Shown here: one piece after another, positions 1 to 9,313 of the stretch
Layout: every line of letters begins with the position of its first letter
How positions within the stretch are numbered: position 1 is the first letter of the stretch
Source of the DNA: an uncultured Omnitrophica bacterium
GTDB lineage: Bacteria > Omnitrophota > Gorgyraeia > JACQQV01
Assembly (NCBI GenBank): GCA_947085655.1
Contig: CAMTXH010000006.1
Coordinates: 70,498 to 134,497, forward strand
Direction: 5' to 3'
Length of the DNA stretch: 64,000 bases
Notes under the pieces: model-generated
The model's database searches: none
What the model saw: only the letters and a program-made list of their open reading frames with translations
What the model was told of the DNA's origin: nothing
Translations under genes and position numbers: made by a program

Positions 1-194
1 GTATTTTGGATTCTTTCAATTTTTGGATGGTCTGATTGGCTTCCTTCGGCTGCTCCCAGAAGCCCGCTTTTGCAATCTCCTCCTCAAGGGAGGAGATGGT
101 TTCAAGCATCTCACCGACGTCAAAGATGCCTCCGAATCTTTTCAAGGCCGTCCCGGAGCTGTTTTAAAGAAGCGCGGATTTCGTCTAACGTCAT
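1..194 (-). CDS. prfB: Peptide chain release factor 2, 5' part, with programmed +1 frameshift (runs off the window)
   Basis: ATG at 194 gives MTLDEIRASLKQLRDGLEKIRRHL, followed by GGAGG-CAT-CTT-TGA-C. The +1 frame continues DVGEMLETISSLEEEIAKAGFWEQPKEANQ, the typical RF2 N-terminus. RBS GAAAGGAG upstream. Confidence 0.95.
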
Positions 195-251
195 GGCTCT
201 CTCCTTTCCTTCATCATACCGCAAAAAAAAGGGATCGTAAAGACATCCTCT

Positions 252-1649
252 TCAATGAAGTGATCTTTGTATCCGCTTTGCCAGGGTCTCGGTCATGCCG
301 CGCAGTTGCACCAGTCTTTCAGGAGAGGCCTTTTTCAGTTCCTCGAGACTTTTAAAATGGCAGAGGAGCTCCCGCAGACGGCGCGGACCGAGTCCCGGAA
401 TGGCCAGAAGCCGGGACTCAAACTGCGATTTGCCCCGGAGGAGGCGGTGATAACGGATGGCAAAACGGTGCGCTTCATCCCGGATCCGCTGGATCAGATG
501 GAGAGCTTTGGTGTTTCTCGGGAGTTCAATGGGCGTTTTTCTTCCCGGTTGATAAATCCTCTCGAGGCGCTTGGCAATTCCGATGACCGTGGTGTCGCCG
601 AAACCGAGCGGCTTCAGGACTCCGCAGGCAACACTCAAATGGCCCCGGCCTCCGTCAATGATGATGAGGTCCGGATGCTCAAGCTTCTCGCGTCTGACGC
701 GACGGTACCGCCGCCCGACCACTTCCCGCATCATCTCGTAATCGTCGATTCCCTTCACTTCCTTGATCCGGAAACGCCGGTAACCGTCTTTGTTGGGAAA
801 GCCGTCCACGAAACTGACCATCGAGCCGACGGCGGCAGCCCCAAAAATATTTGAGATGTCAAACGCCTCAATCCGCCTGGGGAGAAACTTCATCTTCAGA
901 ATCCCCTTGAGGTCCTGAAGTTGTTCCATCCAGCCGGTCCGTTGATTGCCGGAGGCCACGCCGCTCAAGGCCTGAATCTCATCCCGGACCTTTGCCGCCT
1001 CTTCATACTGCCTTTCCCGGGAAAGGGTGTGCATCTTCTCGGAGAGACTCCGCAAAAGCCCCTCCCGGTTCCCCTCCAGAAAAAGTTTTGCCTCCTCCAC
1101 GATCTGGCCGTAGCGACCCTGATCGATATTCCCCACACAGGGGGCATGACACTGTCCGATGTAGTAGTCGAGGCACGGTTTCTTGGGAAAGGTCCGGCAG
1201 TTCCGGAGGGGAAAAATCCGGCGCATCGAAGCCAGGGCAGTTTTGAGGAGCCTGGCATCCGTATAAGGACCGAAATAGAACGATCCGTCCTCCGTCTTCT
1301 TCCGGGTGACAAAAATCCGGGGAAACTCATCCCGGGTCAGCTTGATCCAGGGATAACTTTTGTCGTCCCGGAAGGCAACGTTGTATTTCGGCTGATGTTT
1401 CTTGATGAGACCCGCCTCATAAAAAAGGGCCTCCGCTTCGGAACGGGTCACCAGAAACGTGACCTCCTGAACCTGATCCAGCATGGCGGCAATTCTCGGC
1501 GGATGGGAGCGGGAACTCTGGAAATAGGAAAGGGCCCGCTTCCGGAGAGAGACCGCCTTTCCGACATAGAGAATATCTCCCCCCTTCCCTTTCATCAGGT
1601 AAACACCGGGTGCTTCAGGAAATGATTTTATTCTTTCTTGGAGATCCAT
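252..1649 (-). CDS. uvrC: Excinuclease ABC subunit C (compact form)
   Basis: GIY-YIG domain (PGVYLMK..YVGKA), UVR domain, RIEAFDISN RNase H-like domain, IDGGRGH, C-terminal HhH. Confidence 0.97.
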   Translation of the reverse strand: MDLQERIKSFPEAPGVYLMKGKGGDILYVGKAVSLRKRALSYFQSSRSHPPRIAAMLDQVQEVTFLVTRSEAEALFYEAGLIKKHQPKYNVAFRDDKSYPWIKLTRDEFPRIFVTRKKTEDGSFYFGPYTDARLLKTALASMRRIFPLRNCRTFPKKPCLDYYIGQCHAPCVGNIDQGRYGQIVEEAKLFLEGNREGLLRSLSEKMHTLSRERQYEEAAKVRDEIQALSGVASGNQRTGWMEQLQDLKGILKMKFLPRRIEAFDISNIFGAAAVGSMVSFVDGFPNKDGYRRFRIKEVKGIDDYEMMREVVGRRYRRVRREKLEHPDLIIIDGGRGHLSVACGVLKPLGFGDTTVIGIAKRLERIYQPGRKTPIELPRNTKALHLIQRIRDEAHRFAIRYHRLLRGKSQFESRLLAIPGLGPRRLRELLCHFKSLEELKKASPERLVQLRGMTETLAKRIQRSLH

Positions 1650-3187
1650 CGGATGAGTTGTTTCGCCTCCTCAAACCGGAATAAAAGCGAGAAGAGTAGA
1701 TAAGAAATCGCGCCTGATGTAATCGTACCGAGGAATGCCAGTCCCCAGAAAGGCGCGTTTTCTTTGAGCAGGTTGGAAGAGATCCAAGAAAGACAAACGG
1801 CCATCAAAAGCCCCGCACCCAAAAACCGGAGGGACGCCCTGAAAAGACGCCCTCCACCGAACGGGCCGATCCGCCTTCGCAAAAGGAAAAAAAGAAAAAG
1901 GAAATGAGCCGTCGAAGAGATGCTGGTCGCCAGGGCGATGCCGCCGATCTTCATCGGAAACATGAGGATGGCGTTGAAAAGAACATTCACCAAAAGGGCA
2001 AGCGCAGCAACCTTCACAGGGGTCCGGGTGTCCTGAAGGGAATAAAAGGCGGAGGCAAGAATTTTCGAGCCGGAAAACGAAAGAAGCCCCATCACATAAA
2101 AGAAAAGGGCTTGAGCGGTGATGTCCGTGGAGTAGACGTCAAAATTCCCCCGCTCAAAGAGAAGCCGGACAATCGGCCGCGCCAGGACCAGGGTTCCGAT
2201 TACGGCAGGAATCATGGTAAAGAAAACCGATTTCAAAGAAAAAAGGAGAGTCTCTCGGAATTTCTCCAGACTTTCTTCCTGGGCCTGGTCGGAAAGGGTC
2301 GGAAGGGCGGCCGTTGCCAATGAGACGCCGAACAAGGCAAACGGAAGTTGCACAATCCGGTTTGAATAATAGAGGGCAGCCACTCCTCCCTCCCCGACAA
2401 TCATCGAAAGCGAAGCAAAGATCCGGTCTATCATCACGCTGAGTTGGTAGACGGCTGAACCGAAGACCCGGGGAAGCAGAAGGCGCCCGACGTTTTGAAC
2501 CCCCGGATGGCGGGAGGAGAACCGGGCATTAAAAACAAACCCCTTCTGACGGAGAACCGGGAACTGAATGAGAAGCTGCACGACCCCGCCGACCAAGACC
2601 CCGATCCCGAGCCCCAACACTTGCGGTTCCATCCAGGGAACGAGAAGCAAAAGAGAAGCGATCATGCAGCAATTTAAAAGGGACGAACCGAGTGCCGGTA
2701 TAAAAAAATGGCGGAGGGTATTGAGAATTCCCATCCCGTACGCGCTCAACCCGACCAGAAAAAGAAAAGGAAATAAAAGCCGCGTCAGAAAAACGGTCAG
2801 CCGGTATTTCTCCGGATCCCCCAGAAAGCCGGGGGCATAGACCAAAACCAGAATCGGTGCGAGCGCCACTCCGAGAAGGGTGAGAAATCCAAGACGAAGA
2901 AGGGCCTGATTCCAGAGGAGCGCTGCCAATTCCCAAAAGGCCTCCTTCCCTTTCCGCCAGTAGCCGGCAAGGGTCGGAACGACGGCCGCACTCACCGCCC
3001 CCTCCGCAATGAAATCCCGGAACAGGTTCGGAATCGTGAAGGCGACCACAAAGGCCTGCGCCGAGGTGCCGGTGCCAAAGGCCCGGGCGATCAACACATC
3101 CCGGAGGAAGCCAAGGAGGCGGCTTGAAAAGGTGGTCCCTCCCAGAATAGCCGCGGAACGGGCAAGAGGCGCGAAAGTCCTTGACAT
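1628..3187 (-). CDS. murJ: Lipid II flippase MurJ/MviN
   Basis: SRLLGFLRD, PNLFRDFIAEGA, QLPFALFG motifs; multiple TM helices. Confidence 0.96.
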   Translation of the reverse strand: MSRTFAPLARSAAILGGTTFSSRLLGFLRDVLIARAFGTGTSAQAFVVAFTIPNLFRDFIAEGAVSAAVVPTLAGYWRKGKEAFWELAALLWNQALLRLGFLTLLGVALAPILVLVYAPGFLGDPEKYRLTVFLTRLLFPFLFLVGLSAYGMGILNTLRHFFIPALGSSLLNCCMIASLLLLVPWMEPQVLGLGIGVLVGGVVQLLIQFPVLRQKGFVFNARFSSRHPGVQNVGRLLLPRVFGSAVYQLSVMIDRIFASLSMIVGEGGVAALYYSNRIVQLPFALFGVSLATAALPTLSDQAQEESLEKFRETLLFSLKSVFFTMIPAVIGTLVLARPIVRLLFERGNFDVYSTDITAQALFFYVMGLLSFSGSKILASAFYSLQDTRTPVKVAALALLVNVLFNAILMFPMKIGGIALATSISSTAHFLFLFFLLRRRIGPFGGGRLFRASLRFLGAGLLMAVCLSWISSNLLKENAPFWGLAFLGTITSGAISYLLFSLLFRFEEAKQLIRWISKKE

Positions 3188-3233
3188 GGGCAGAGAAAGT
3201 GTGTTACCCTTTCATAATAAAGGAGTTTGAGTC

Positions 3234-3503
3234 ATGCCGATTAAAAAAGCAGCCCTCAAAAGGATGAAGAGCGACCGGAAGCTGAAGGCACGGAACAGCT
3301 GGGTCCTGAATGAACTGAAAACTCTTTCCCGAAAATTCGAAAAACTGATCGCCTCTAATAACCGGGAAGGAGCCCAAGCACTCTTCAAAGAGGTCAGTCG
3401 GAAATTCGATAAGGCCTTCTCCCGCGGCATTATTCACAAAAACAGGGCCTCCCGAAAGAAGGCCCGTCTTGCCAAGAGACTTTCCAAGTTTTTAGCGGCA
3501 TAG
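3234..3503 (+). CDS. rpsT: 30S ribosomal protein S20
   Basis: MPIKKAALKR...GIIHKNRASRKKARL; RBS AAGGAG. Confidence 0.97.
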   Translation: MPIKKAALKRMKSDRKLKARNSWVLNELKTLSRKFEKLIASNNREGAQALFKEVSRKFDKAFSRGIIHKNRASRKKARLAKRLSKFLAA

Positions 3504-4454
3504 CGCCAGCAAAAACCTTTCGACTTCTTCCCTTCCCTCTCCTCTCCCTCTCTTCAATCGTTGGTCCATCTTTAAAAGAGCCTGGAGCCCCGATAGAAGT
3601 TCCGGCCCTTCAAAACGGGCTAGACAAGAAAAGAATGTTTCCTCCTCGCCCCAACGAAGCCGGAGCTGCCTTGCCGCCTCTTGAGGGCGGGTTCCGTTTT
3701 CGAGCAGTTCCTTGGCACGGAGCATCCGGCGGAGCTGCCACCCGACCGCTCCCATGATTTCGTGGGGCCGCTCTTTTCCCGTCAAGAGGCGATCCAGGAT
3801 TTTCAACGCTTCAAGACCTTCCCGAAAGGCGATCGCACGGGCGAGGGCAAAACTCGTCTGGCTCAGGGAAAAACCCATCAGAGTTTCCACATCCTTTTCG
3901 TCGATCGTCGGTTTTTCTCCCACAAACGTGGCGAGCGCCTCGACCGCCTGATCGCACTGGAAAAGATCCTCCCCCACCCGCTCCACGAGTGCCTCCTTGG
4001 CCTGGGGTAAGAATTTTTTGCCGGAAGAGGAGGCTCGCTCATCAAGCCACTTCAAAAAGGCGGCCCCTTTGGGAAGTTTGAAGACCGAGACCTGTGCAAG
4101 ATGCGAGAGTTTTTCAAAAAAAGGTCCCCGGAGATTTGTCTCGTCCGTCTCCAAAAGACAGCACGCCCCCCCTGGAAGACGGACCGCCATCTCCAACAGC
4201 CGTGATTGAAAAGTGGGAGGTGTTTTCTCGACGGAGATAATGCGCGTGAGGCGCGGTTGGGTCGCCCATGGGATCGTCTGAAGCGCTGTCAAGACCTCAT
4301 CGGGACGAAAGTTTTTGTCGTCGCCCCGGAACAGTTCACAAGCGACCGACTCCGGGTGAGCGGGGGAGAGTTTTTCCTTGAGCCGCTTCAGGGCTTCGGT
4401 TTTCTCCCAGTTGTTTTCTCCGGCAAAAACAAAAAGGGGGGCTACTCGGGCCAT
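3492..4454 (-). CDS. holA: DNA polymerase III delta subunit
   Basis: 320 aa, delta-like motifs; conserved leuS..lptE-holA-rpsT neighbourhood. Confidence 0.88.
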   Translation of the reverse strand: MARVAPLFVFAGENNWEKTEALKRLKEKLSPAHPESVACELFRGDDKNFRPDEVLTALQTIPWATQPRLTRIISVEKTPPTFQSRLLEMAVRLPGGACCLLETDETNLRGPFFEKLSHLAQVSVFKLPKGAAFLKWLDERASSSGKKFLPQAKEALVERVGEDLFQCDQAVEALATFVGEKPTIDEKDVETLMGFSLSQTSFALARAIAFREGLEALKILDRLLTGKERPHEIMGAVGWQLRRMLRAKELLENGTRPQEAARQLRLRWGEEETFFSCLARFEGPELLSGLQALLKMDQRLKRGRGEGREEVERFLLALCR

Positions 4455-4936
4455 TCTTCGACCGCCCGGTCAACGATCCGCCTGGCCAGCTCCTGGATCG
4501 CGTTCTCCCGCGCATCTCCCTCACTCACGGCGGAGGGTCCGCTGATGAGGAAACTGGTGTCGCCGACAAAGTTTTTCTCTTCCCAAATCACCTTTTGACT
4601 CCGGCTGTCCCACAGAGAAAAATCGACCATCAGGATCAGGCGGTACTCGGAAATTTCTTCGGCGCTGTCGTAGCGGAGCGGCTCCCGGATATAGCGGGTG
4701 AGCGTTCCTTTTAACACCGCATCCGCGTTCTCCCGGTTCGTCGTCCGGAGTGTCCCGTCGTAGAGGAAGCGCTCAATGATGCCGTTTGTCAGATCAATTT
4801 CGACCGCCGGCTCATAAGTGGCGTTCTTGAAGGTTTCCACATGCACGGTCTTAAGCCCATGCGGAGGGGTTCCGGTGAGGGCATAGCCGCATCCGGAGAC
4901 CCACAAAAGAAAAAGAAGCAGAATGCCTTGCTTCAT
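4442..4936 (-). CDS. lptE: LptE-family lipoprotein
   Basis: Lipobox VSGC-GY, FKNATYEP motif, position upstream of holA. Confidence 0.8.
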   Translation of the reverse strand: MKQGILLLFLLWVSGCGYALTGTPPHGLKTVHVETFKNATYEPAVEIDLTNGIIERFLYDGTLRTTNRENADAVLKGTLTRYIREPLRYDSAEEISEYRLILMVDFSLWDSRSQKVIWEEKNFVGDTSFLISGPSAVSEGDARENAIQELARRIVDRAVEEWPE

Positions 4937-5898
4937 TTCTTTTCTGTCTCCTCCCGCTTTTTTAAAACGGTTAATTTCTCCAGGGCCTCTTTCGCCGAAG
5001 CGCTTTCCGGATGCTCCTCGATCACCTTGTTATAATAGACAGCCGCTGCCGACCATTTCCCCTGCCCGTCGTAGAATTCCGCAATTTCAAGTGCTTTCTC
5101 CGCTTTTCTTTCTTTGAGGTCGCGGATCACTTCCTGCGATTCCTCAACCAGTTCACTCCCCGGATGCTCCTCGATAAAACGGGTGAACTGCTCGAGGGCC
5201 GCATCGGTGGACTGGGCGTCGTAACTGGAGGGCCTGGACATCTTGAAGGTTGTCAGCGCAATCTGATACTTGGCGTCATCTTTCAGTTCGGTTGAGGGGT
5301 AATCCTTCATCAGTCTCTCAAATGTCTTCTGGGCTTCCCCGTATTCCCCCGTCTTCCTGTAACATTCCCCCATTTTGTACAGGGCCAGTTCCGCATACGG
5401 CCCGTAGGGGGCGTGGTCAACCACCTGTTTGTAAATTTCAATCGCCTTTTGATAGGAAGGGAGAAGTTCGAGTCCGGCAATCTTCCGTTTCTTCCCGCTA
5501 TAGTACAGATTGGCGATCTGGTATTCCCGCTCAATCACCTCCTGAATCCGGGCGCTGTTGGGATATTTCTTGATGACTTCTTCATAGGCCTTAAAAGCAC
5601 CGTCGTAATCCTCAAGGGCTTCCAGCGAACGCCCGGCATAAAACTGGGCCTCGGCCGCTTCGTGACTCCGGGGGTACTGGCGGACCAGATTCTTCATCTC
5701 CTGCACCACCCGCCCGTGGTCGCCCGCTTCATAAAAGGAAAGGGCCCATGCGAGCTGTTCCGCGGGGGTCTGTTTGGAAACTTTCTTGGGATTGGTAAAC
5801 TTGGAGGTTTTAGGAGACCAGATCCAGAAGCCGTAAGCGCTCCCCTGAACACTTACGAGAAGGAAGCCAACTCCGATGAAAAGAAGGGACTTGCGCAT
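4933..5898 (-). CDS. bamD: Outer membrane assembly factor BamD-like TPR protein
   Basis: Signal peptide, tandem YfiO-type TPR repeats (YDAQST..A...F..F...HPGS). Confidence 0.8.
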   Translation of the reverse strand: MRKSLLFIGVGFLLVSVQGSAYGFWIWSPKTSKFTNPKKVSKQTPAEQLAWALSFYEAGDHGRVVQEMKNLVRQYPRSHEAAEAQFYAGRSLEALEDYDGAFKAYEEVIKKYPNSARIQEVIEREYQIANLYYSGKKRKIAGLELLPSYQKAIEIYKQVVDHAPYGPYAELALYKMGECYRKTGEYGEAQKTFERLMKDYPSTELKDDAKYQIALTTFKMSRPSSYDAQSTDAALEQFTRFIEEHPGSELVEESQEVIRDLKERKAEKALEIAEFYDGQGKWSAAAVYYNKVIEEHPESASAKEALEKLTVLKKREETEKK

Positions 5899-5966
5899 CG
5901 TCCCTTCATTATGGCATATCCCCCAAAAGGTGTCAATTTATCCAGAGAAATCGGGACGCGCTCTGT

Positions 5967-6398
5967 CTAAAGCGCAATCGTATAGGGGAAATCGCGATAC
6001 GCATCCTGCTTGGCAGGAATCAACTTCTCCGAAGGAGCCGCATTCTGCTCCACGAAGTGAGCTATTCTCCTTTTTGTCGGCTCCGGAATGTCCACAAACT
6101 TAATCCCCACATCATGTTGATAACTATAAGGAAGTTTCCGGATCCAGATCACTTTTCCGACCGTCCGGAGCGCCTCACTGGCAGGGCTCAGGAAAAACTC
6201 CATCTTGACCTTGCCATTCACAGGCAGAAACTCCCTTGAAAGGAGGCGAACTCCTCCCTCGCCAAGATCCTTGGTCAAAGAATCCTGGGTATGGCTCTCC
6301 TCCTTTCCGAATCGGACCGGAACATTCAGCCGCAATCTCGGATGCTCTCTTCTCCCCAGCAGGGCTTCGCTAATCTTACTCTTTATCATGACTAACAC
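5967..6398 (-). CDS. PilZ-domain c-di-GMP receptor
   Basis: RREHPR (RxxxR) and DLGEGG (DxSxxG-like) motifs. Confidence 0.9.
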   Translation of the reverse strand: MLVMIKSKISEALLGRREHPRLRLNVPVRFGKEESHTQDSLTKDLGEGGVRLLSREFLPVNGKVKMEFFLSPASEALRTVGKVIWIRKLPYSYQHDVGIKFVDIPEPTKRRIAHFVEQNAAPSEKLIPAKQDAYRDFPYTIAL

Positions 6399-6460
6399 CC
6401 CATCCTCTTTATTTTCAATAAGTTAAAACGACTTCACACAAACTTTAAAAAAGTTCTATG

Positions 6461-6500
6461 AAATAAAAAACCCTATCTTTCCCATTGAAAGAATAGGGTT
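6461..6500 (-). terminator. Intrinsic terminator in the leader of the PilZ gene
   Basis: Minus strand AACCCTATTCTTTC-AATGG-GAAAGATAGGGTT followed by TTTTATTT. Confidence 0.75.
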
Positions 6501-6599
6501 CAGCGAGTAAAATACCCGCTCAAGAAATGGCCATTTACCGACTTGTCAAGTGAGCTCCCTGAGACCCCATCCTTTCGAATGAGGTTCCAGTTGTTACAA

Positions 6600-6627
6600 A
6601 GTATAGCACAAATCTACCAATTGTCAA
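6600..6627 (-). promoter_or_regulatory. Sigma70 promoter upstream of the structured leader and PilZ gene
   Basis: TTGACA-16 nt-TATACT with extended -10 TG. Confidence 0.75.
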
Positions 6628-6684
6628 GAACTTTCTCTAAAAATTATTAACATTGAAAGTTAGATTTGATGAATAGGTGGCTTA

Positions 6685-8976
6685 TTATAACCCTTCTTCC
6701 CTTTCCGTGTCAACTCGAAATCTTTCTCCGTCCGAGAAGATCCGGATTATTCCGGAACGGACCGTCTGAACCGTAGGCACGTTGAAGTCTGCCAACAAAG
6801 AAAGTGTTTTGGGCGACGGCAGATGAAACATTTCCCGTTGTCCGACGCTAATCACGGCAACTTCCGGGGAAACCGCCTTCAAAAACGGGTTGCCTTCTTC
6901 CCCAAGGTCGCCGCCGTGGTGGGGCATTTTGAGTATTTCGCCGTCCAGATCAACTCCCGCCATTTGGATATTCCGGATCGCCTCCTTCTCGATATCCGCC
7001 GTCAAAAGAAATCGAATCTTTCCGTGGGTCAGTTTCAGGACCACTCCGTTATTGTTCGTGTCCTTCCCTGTTCCCTCTAAATAGGGTCGGGGCGGATGGA
7101 GGACTTCGAGAGAGACATTGCGGTATCCTATAATGCGCTGGCCCCGCCGTAGAAAAACCGGTTCAATCCCGCTCTTTTTTTGCGCTTCCCGGTATTCTTG
7201 ATAAGGAATGCTTCCCTTTTGAAGTCCGCTTTCAAAAAGGGTGCGGGGACGAAATGTTTTTAGAATAAACGGGAGCCCCCCGACATGGTCCCGGTCCGTA
7301 TGCGTCAAAAGGACCGCATCCAGGCGCCGGATGTTCTTTCGCCAGAGAAAGGGGGCAACGATGTCCCTCCCTGCATCAAAGTCTTCATACCGGTCTCCCC
7401 CATCTACCAATAAATTCCTTCCGTCCGGGAACTCGACAAAGATCGCATCGCCGTGTCCCACATCCAAAAAGGTGACGGTCAGGCGGTTCATTCCCCTGAC
7501 GAGGGGAATCCAAACCAAAAAATTCAAAAGAAAAAGCGTCGCAATAACCGTCTTCCAGCGGAAGCGCTTGAATTTTTCGGAAAAGAAAAGAAAGAGCAAA
7601 ACATAATAGAGAAAAACAAAAATCCCCGGCGCAAAAAGCCGGAAAGAACCGAAAGGGATCCGGTCCATCGTTTGGGTAATATTCACAAGCAGGGCCAAAA
7701 GGAGTTTCTCGAGCCCCAAAAGGAGGTCGGAAAAAAACGGGAAAGAACCGAGGAGTAGCCAAGGAATCCCGGCTCCGACAATCGGAAAAAGAAGCGGAAC
7801 AACAAAAAGATTGGCCGCAAGACTGACCGGGCTTACCTGCATGAAATGATAAGAGACCACCGGCCAGATACCGATCCAGACGCCGGCCGAAACTCCTAAA
7901 AGTTCGGCAAAAAAACGGACCGGCTGCCTGAGCCGGGCCGTTTTCAGCCGCTCGAGGGTCAGGAAAATAAAGAGGACCGAAAGAAAAGAAAGCTGAAACC
8001 CCGCTTCAAAAAGAAAAAGGGGATTCCAAACCAAAAGGATGAGATACGCAAGCGCCAGAATATTCAAAACAGGGCCCTTGCGAAAGAGAATCTTTCCCAG
8101 ACCGTAAAGAATGATCATGAGACTTGCCCGGACTACGGGAGGAGAACCGCCCACAAGAAATGCATAAGCGGTCAGACCAAAAAGAATAGAAAAAAATGCG
8201 GCGGTCCTTCCGAGGCAGAAGAGCCGGCAAGCGGCATAAAGGAGCGTGGCAATCACCCCCACATGAAGCCCGCTGATCGCCAAAAGATGAATCGTCCCTG
8301 TCCGGGCAAAAAGAGCCCAGAGCTCCCTTTCAAGGGTGGAGCGCTCACCGAGGATCATCGCTCCGAAAAGAGCCCCTTCATTTTCCGGAAGCCGTTCGAT
8401 GACCCGATGAAAGGCCCTTTCCCGGAAGAGTGTGAGTTTTCTCCTTGGCCATGTTGCATGCGTTCGATCCAAAGGAAGAAAACCATGGTAAGGTTTGACC
8501 CGGACGATTCCTTTTGATTCTTGAAGGAATCCCTCAACCAGAAGCTCCTGACCGTAGGAAGGAACCGGATGGCCCTGAACAAAAAGGCGGAGTTTTCCTC
8601 CGGAAGGGTGCCAACTGTTTTTTCCCTTCAGAGCGAAGGGATGGAAGTCAAAAGCGGTCCGATCTCCTCCCAAGGGGTTTGGATCCGATGCCACAACCCC
8701 CTTCAGACGGATCAGGACCGGACCTGTCTGATCCGGAGAGGCCGGATGCCATCTTTCTTGGGTCTGGGTCATCTCCCCGCGCAAAACTCCAAGAGACAAA
8801 AGAAGGAGAAAAAGAATTGCCGAAAATCCCTTATTATTGCGGCGCAGAAAAAAACCGAGCAAAAGGCAAATGAGGGACAGAAGTAAAACCGGCCAGAGGG
8901 GGGGATGAAACCGGAAAAAGAGGATGCATCCGAGGGTAAAAGGAAGGGCACTCCAGAGAAAAGAGGATTTACTCAA
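6685..8976 (-). CDS. comEC: Competence protein ComEC/Rec2
   Basis: HLLAISGLH competence domain, DVGHGD, THTDRDH metallo-beta-lactamase domain. Confidence 0.96.
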   Translation of the reverse strand: MSKSSFLWSALPFTLGCILFFRFHPPLWPVLLLSLICLLLGFFLRRNNKGFSAILFLLLLSLGVLRGEMTQTQERWHPASPDQTGPVLIRLKGVVASDPNPLGGDRTAFDFHPFALKGKNSWHPSGGKLRLFVQGHPVPSYGQELLVEGFLQESKGIVRVKPYHGFLPLDRTHATWPRRKLTLFRERAFHRVIERLPENEGALFGAMILGERSTLERELWALFARTGTIHLLAISGLHVGVIATLLYAACRLFCLGRTAAFFSILFGLTAYAFLVGGSPPVVRASLMIILYGLGKILFRKGPVLNILALAYLILLVWNPLFLFEAGFQLSFLSVLFIFLTLERLKTARLRQPVRFFAELLGVSAGVWIGIWPVVSYHFMQVSPVSLAANLFVVPLLFPIVGAGIPWLLLGSFPFFSDLLLGLEKLLLALLVNITQTMDRIPFGSFRLFAPGIFVFLYYVLLFLFFSEKFKRFRWKTVIATLFLLNFLVWIPLVRGMNRLTVTFLDVGHGDAIFVEFPDGRNLLVDGGDRYEDFDAGRDIVAPFLWRKNIRRLDAVLLTHTDRDHVGGLPFILKTFRPRTLFESGLQKGSIPYQEYREAQKKSGIEPVFLRRGQRIIGYRNVSLEVLHPPRPYLEGTGKDTNNNGVVLKLTHGKIRFLLTADIEKEAIRNIQMAGVDLDGEILKMPHHGGDLGEEGNPFLKAVSPEVAVISVGQREMFHLPSPKTLSLLADFNVPTVQTVRSGIIRIFSDGERFRVDTEREEGL

Positions 8977-9313
8977 GAACGATTTGGTCTTTTATCTCAT
9001 CATAGGTTTTGGCTCCGATTCCTTCAATGTTTAAAAGGTCTTCCTTCCGCTCGAACCCCTGTTTTTTCTGAAAATCGACGATCCGCGCGGCGAGTGCCGG
9101 CCCGATCCGGGGAAGGCGGGCAAAATCTTCCGGAGTGCCCCGCCTCAACGAAACTTGCTTGGCCTTGACAAAAGCCGCTTCCTCGGAAGGAGATAAAACC
9201 TCAAGAGAAAAAGGGGTAAAGATCCTTGGTATCAAGTGAAGCGCCACGCCGGCTAAAAAGAGAGCACTTAAAAGAAGAGCTGCAATCCGTTCGGAACGCG
9301 TCGGACCTTTCAT
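8969..9313 (-). CDS. comEA: ComEA-like helix-hairpin-helix DNA-binding membrane protein
   Basis: One TM helix plus LPRIGPALA and IEGIGAK HhH motifs; ATG at 9313 overlaps the leuS stop (ATGA). Confidence 0.88.
   Translation of the reverse strand: MKGPTRSERIAALLLSALFLAGVALHLIPRIFTPFSLEVLSPSEEAAFVKAKQVSLRRGTPEDFARLPRIGPALAARIVDFQKKQGFERKEDLLNIEGIGAKTYDEIKDQIVLE

Noticed and set aside
252-1649. Short UvrC as a pseudogene
   Set aside because: The ORF is intact with all catalytic domains and only the central linker region is reduced.
6500-6600. Canonical c-di-GMP-I/II or c-di-AMP riboswitch call
   Set aside because: Only the GAAA-capped stem matches and the diagnostic junction sequences were not found. 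Kept as an unassigned candidate.
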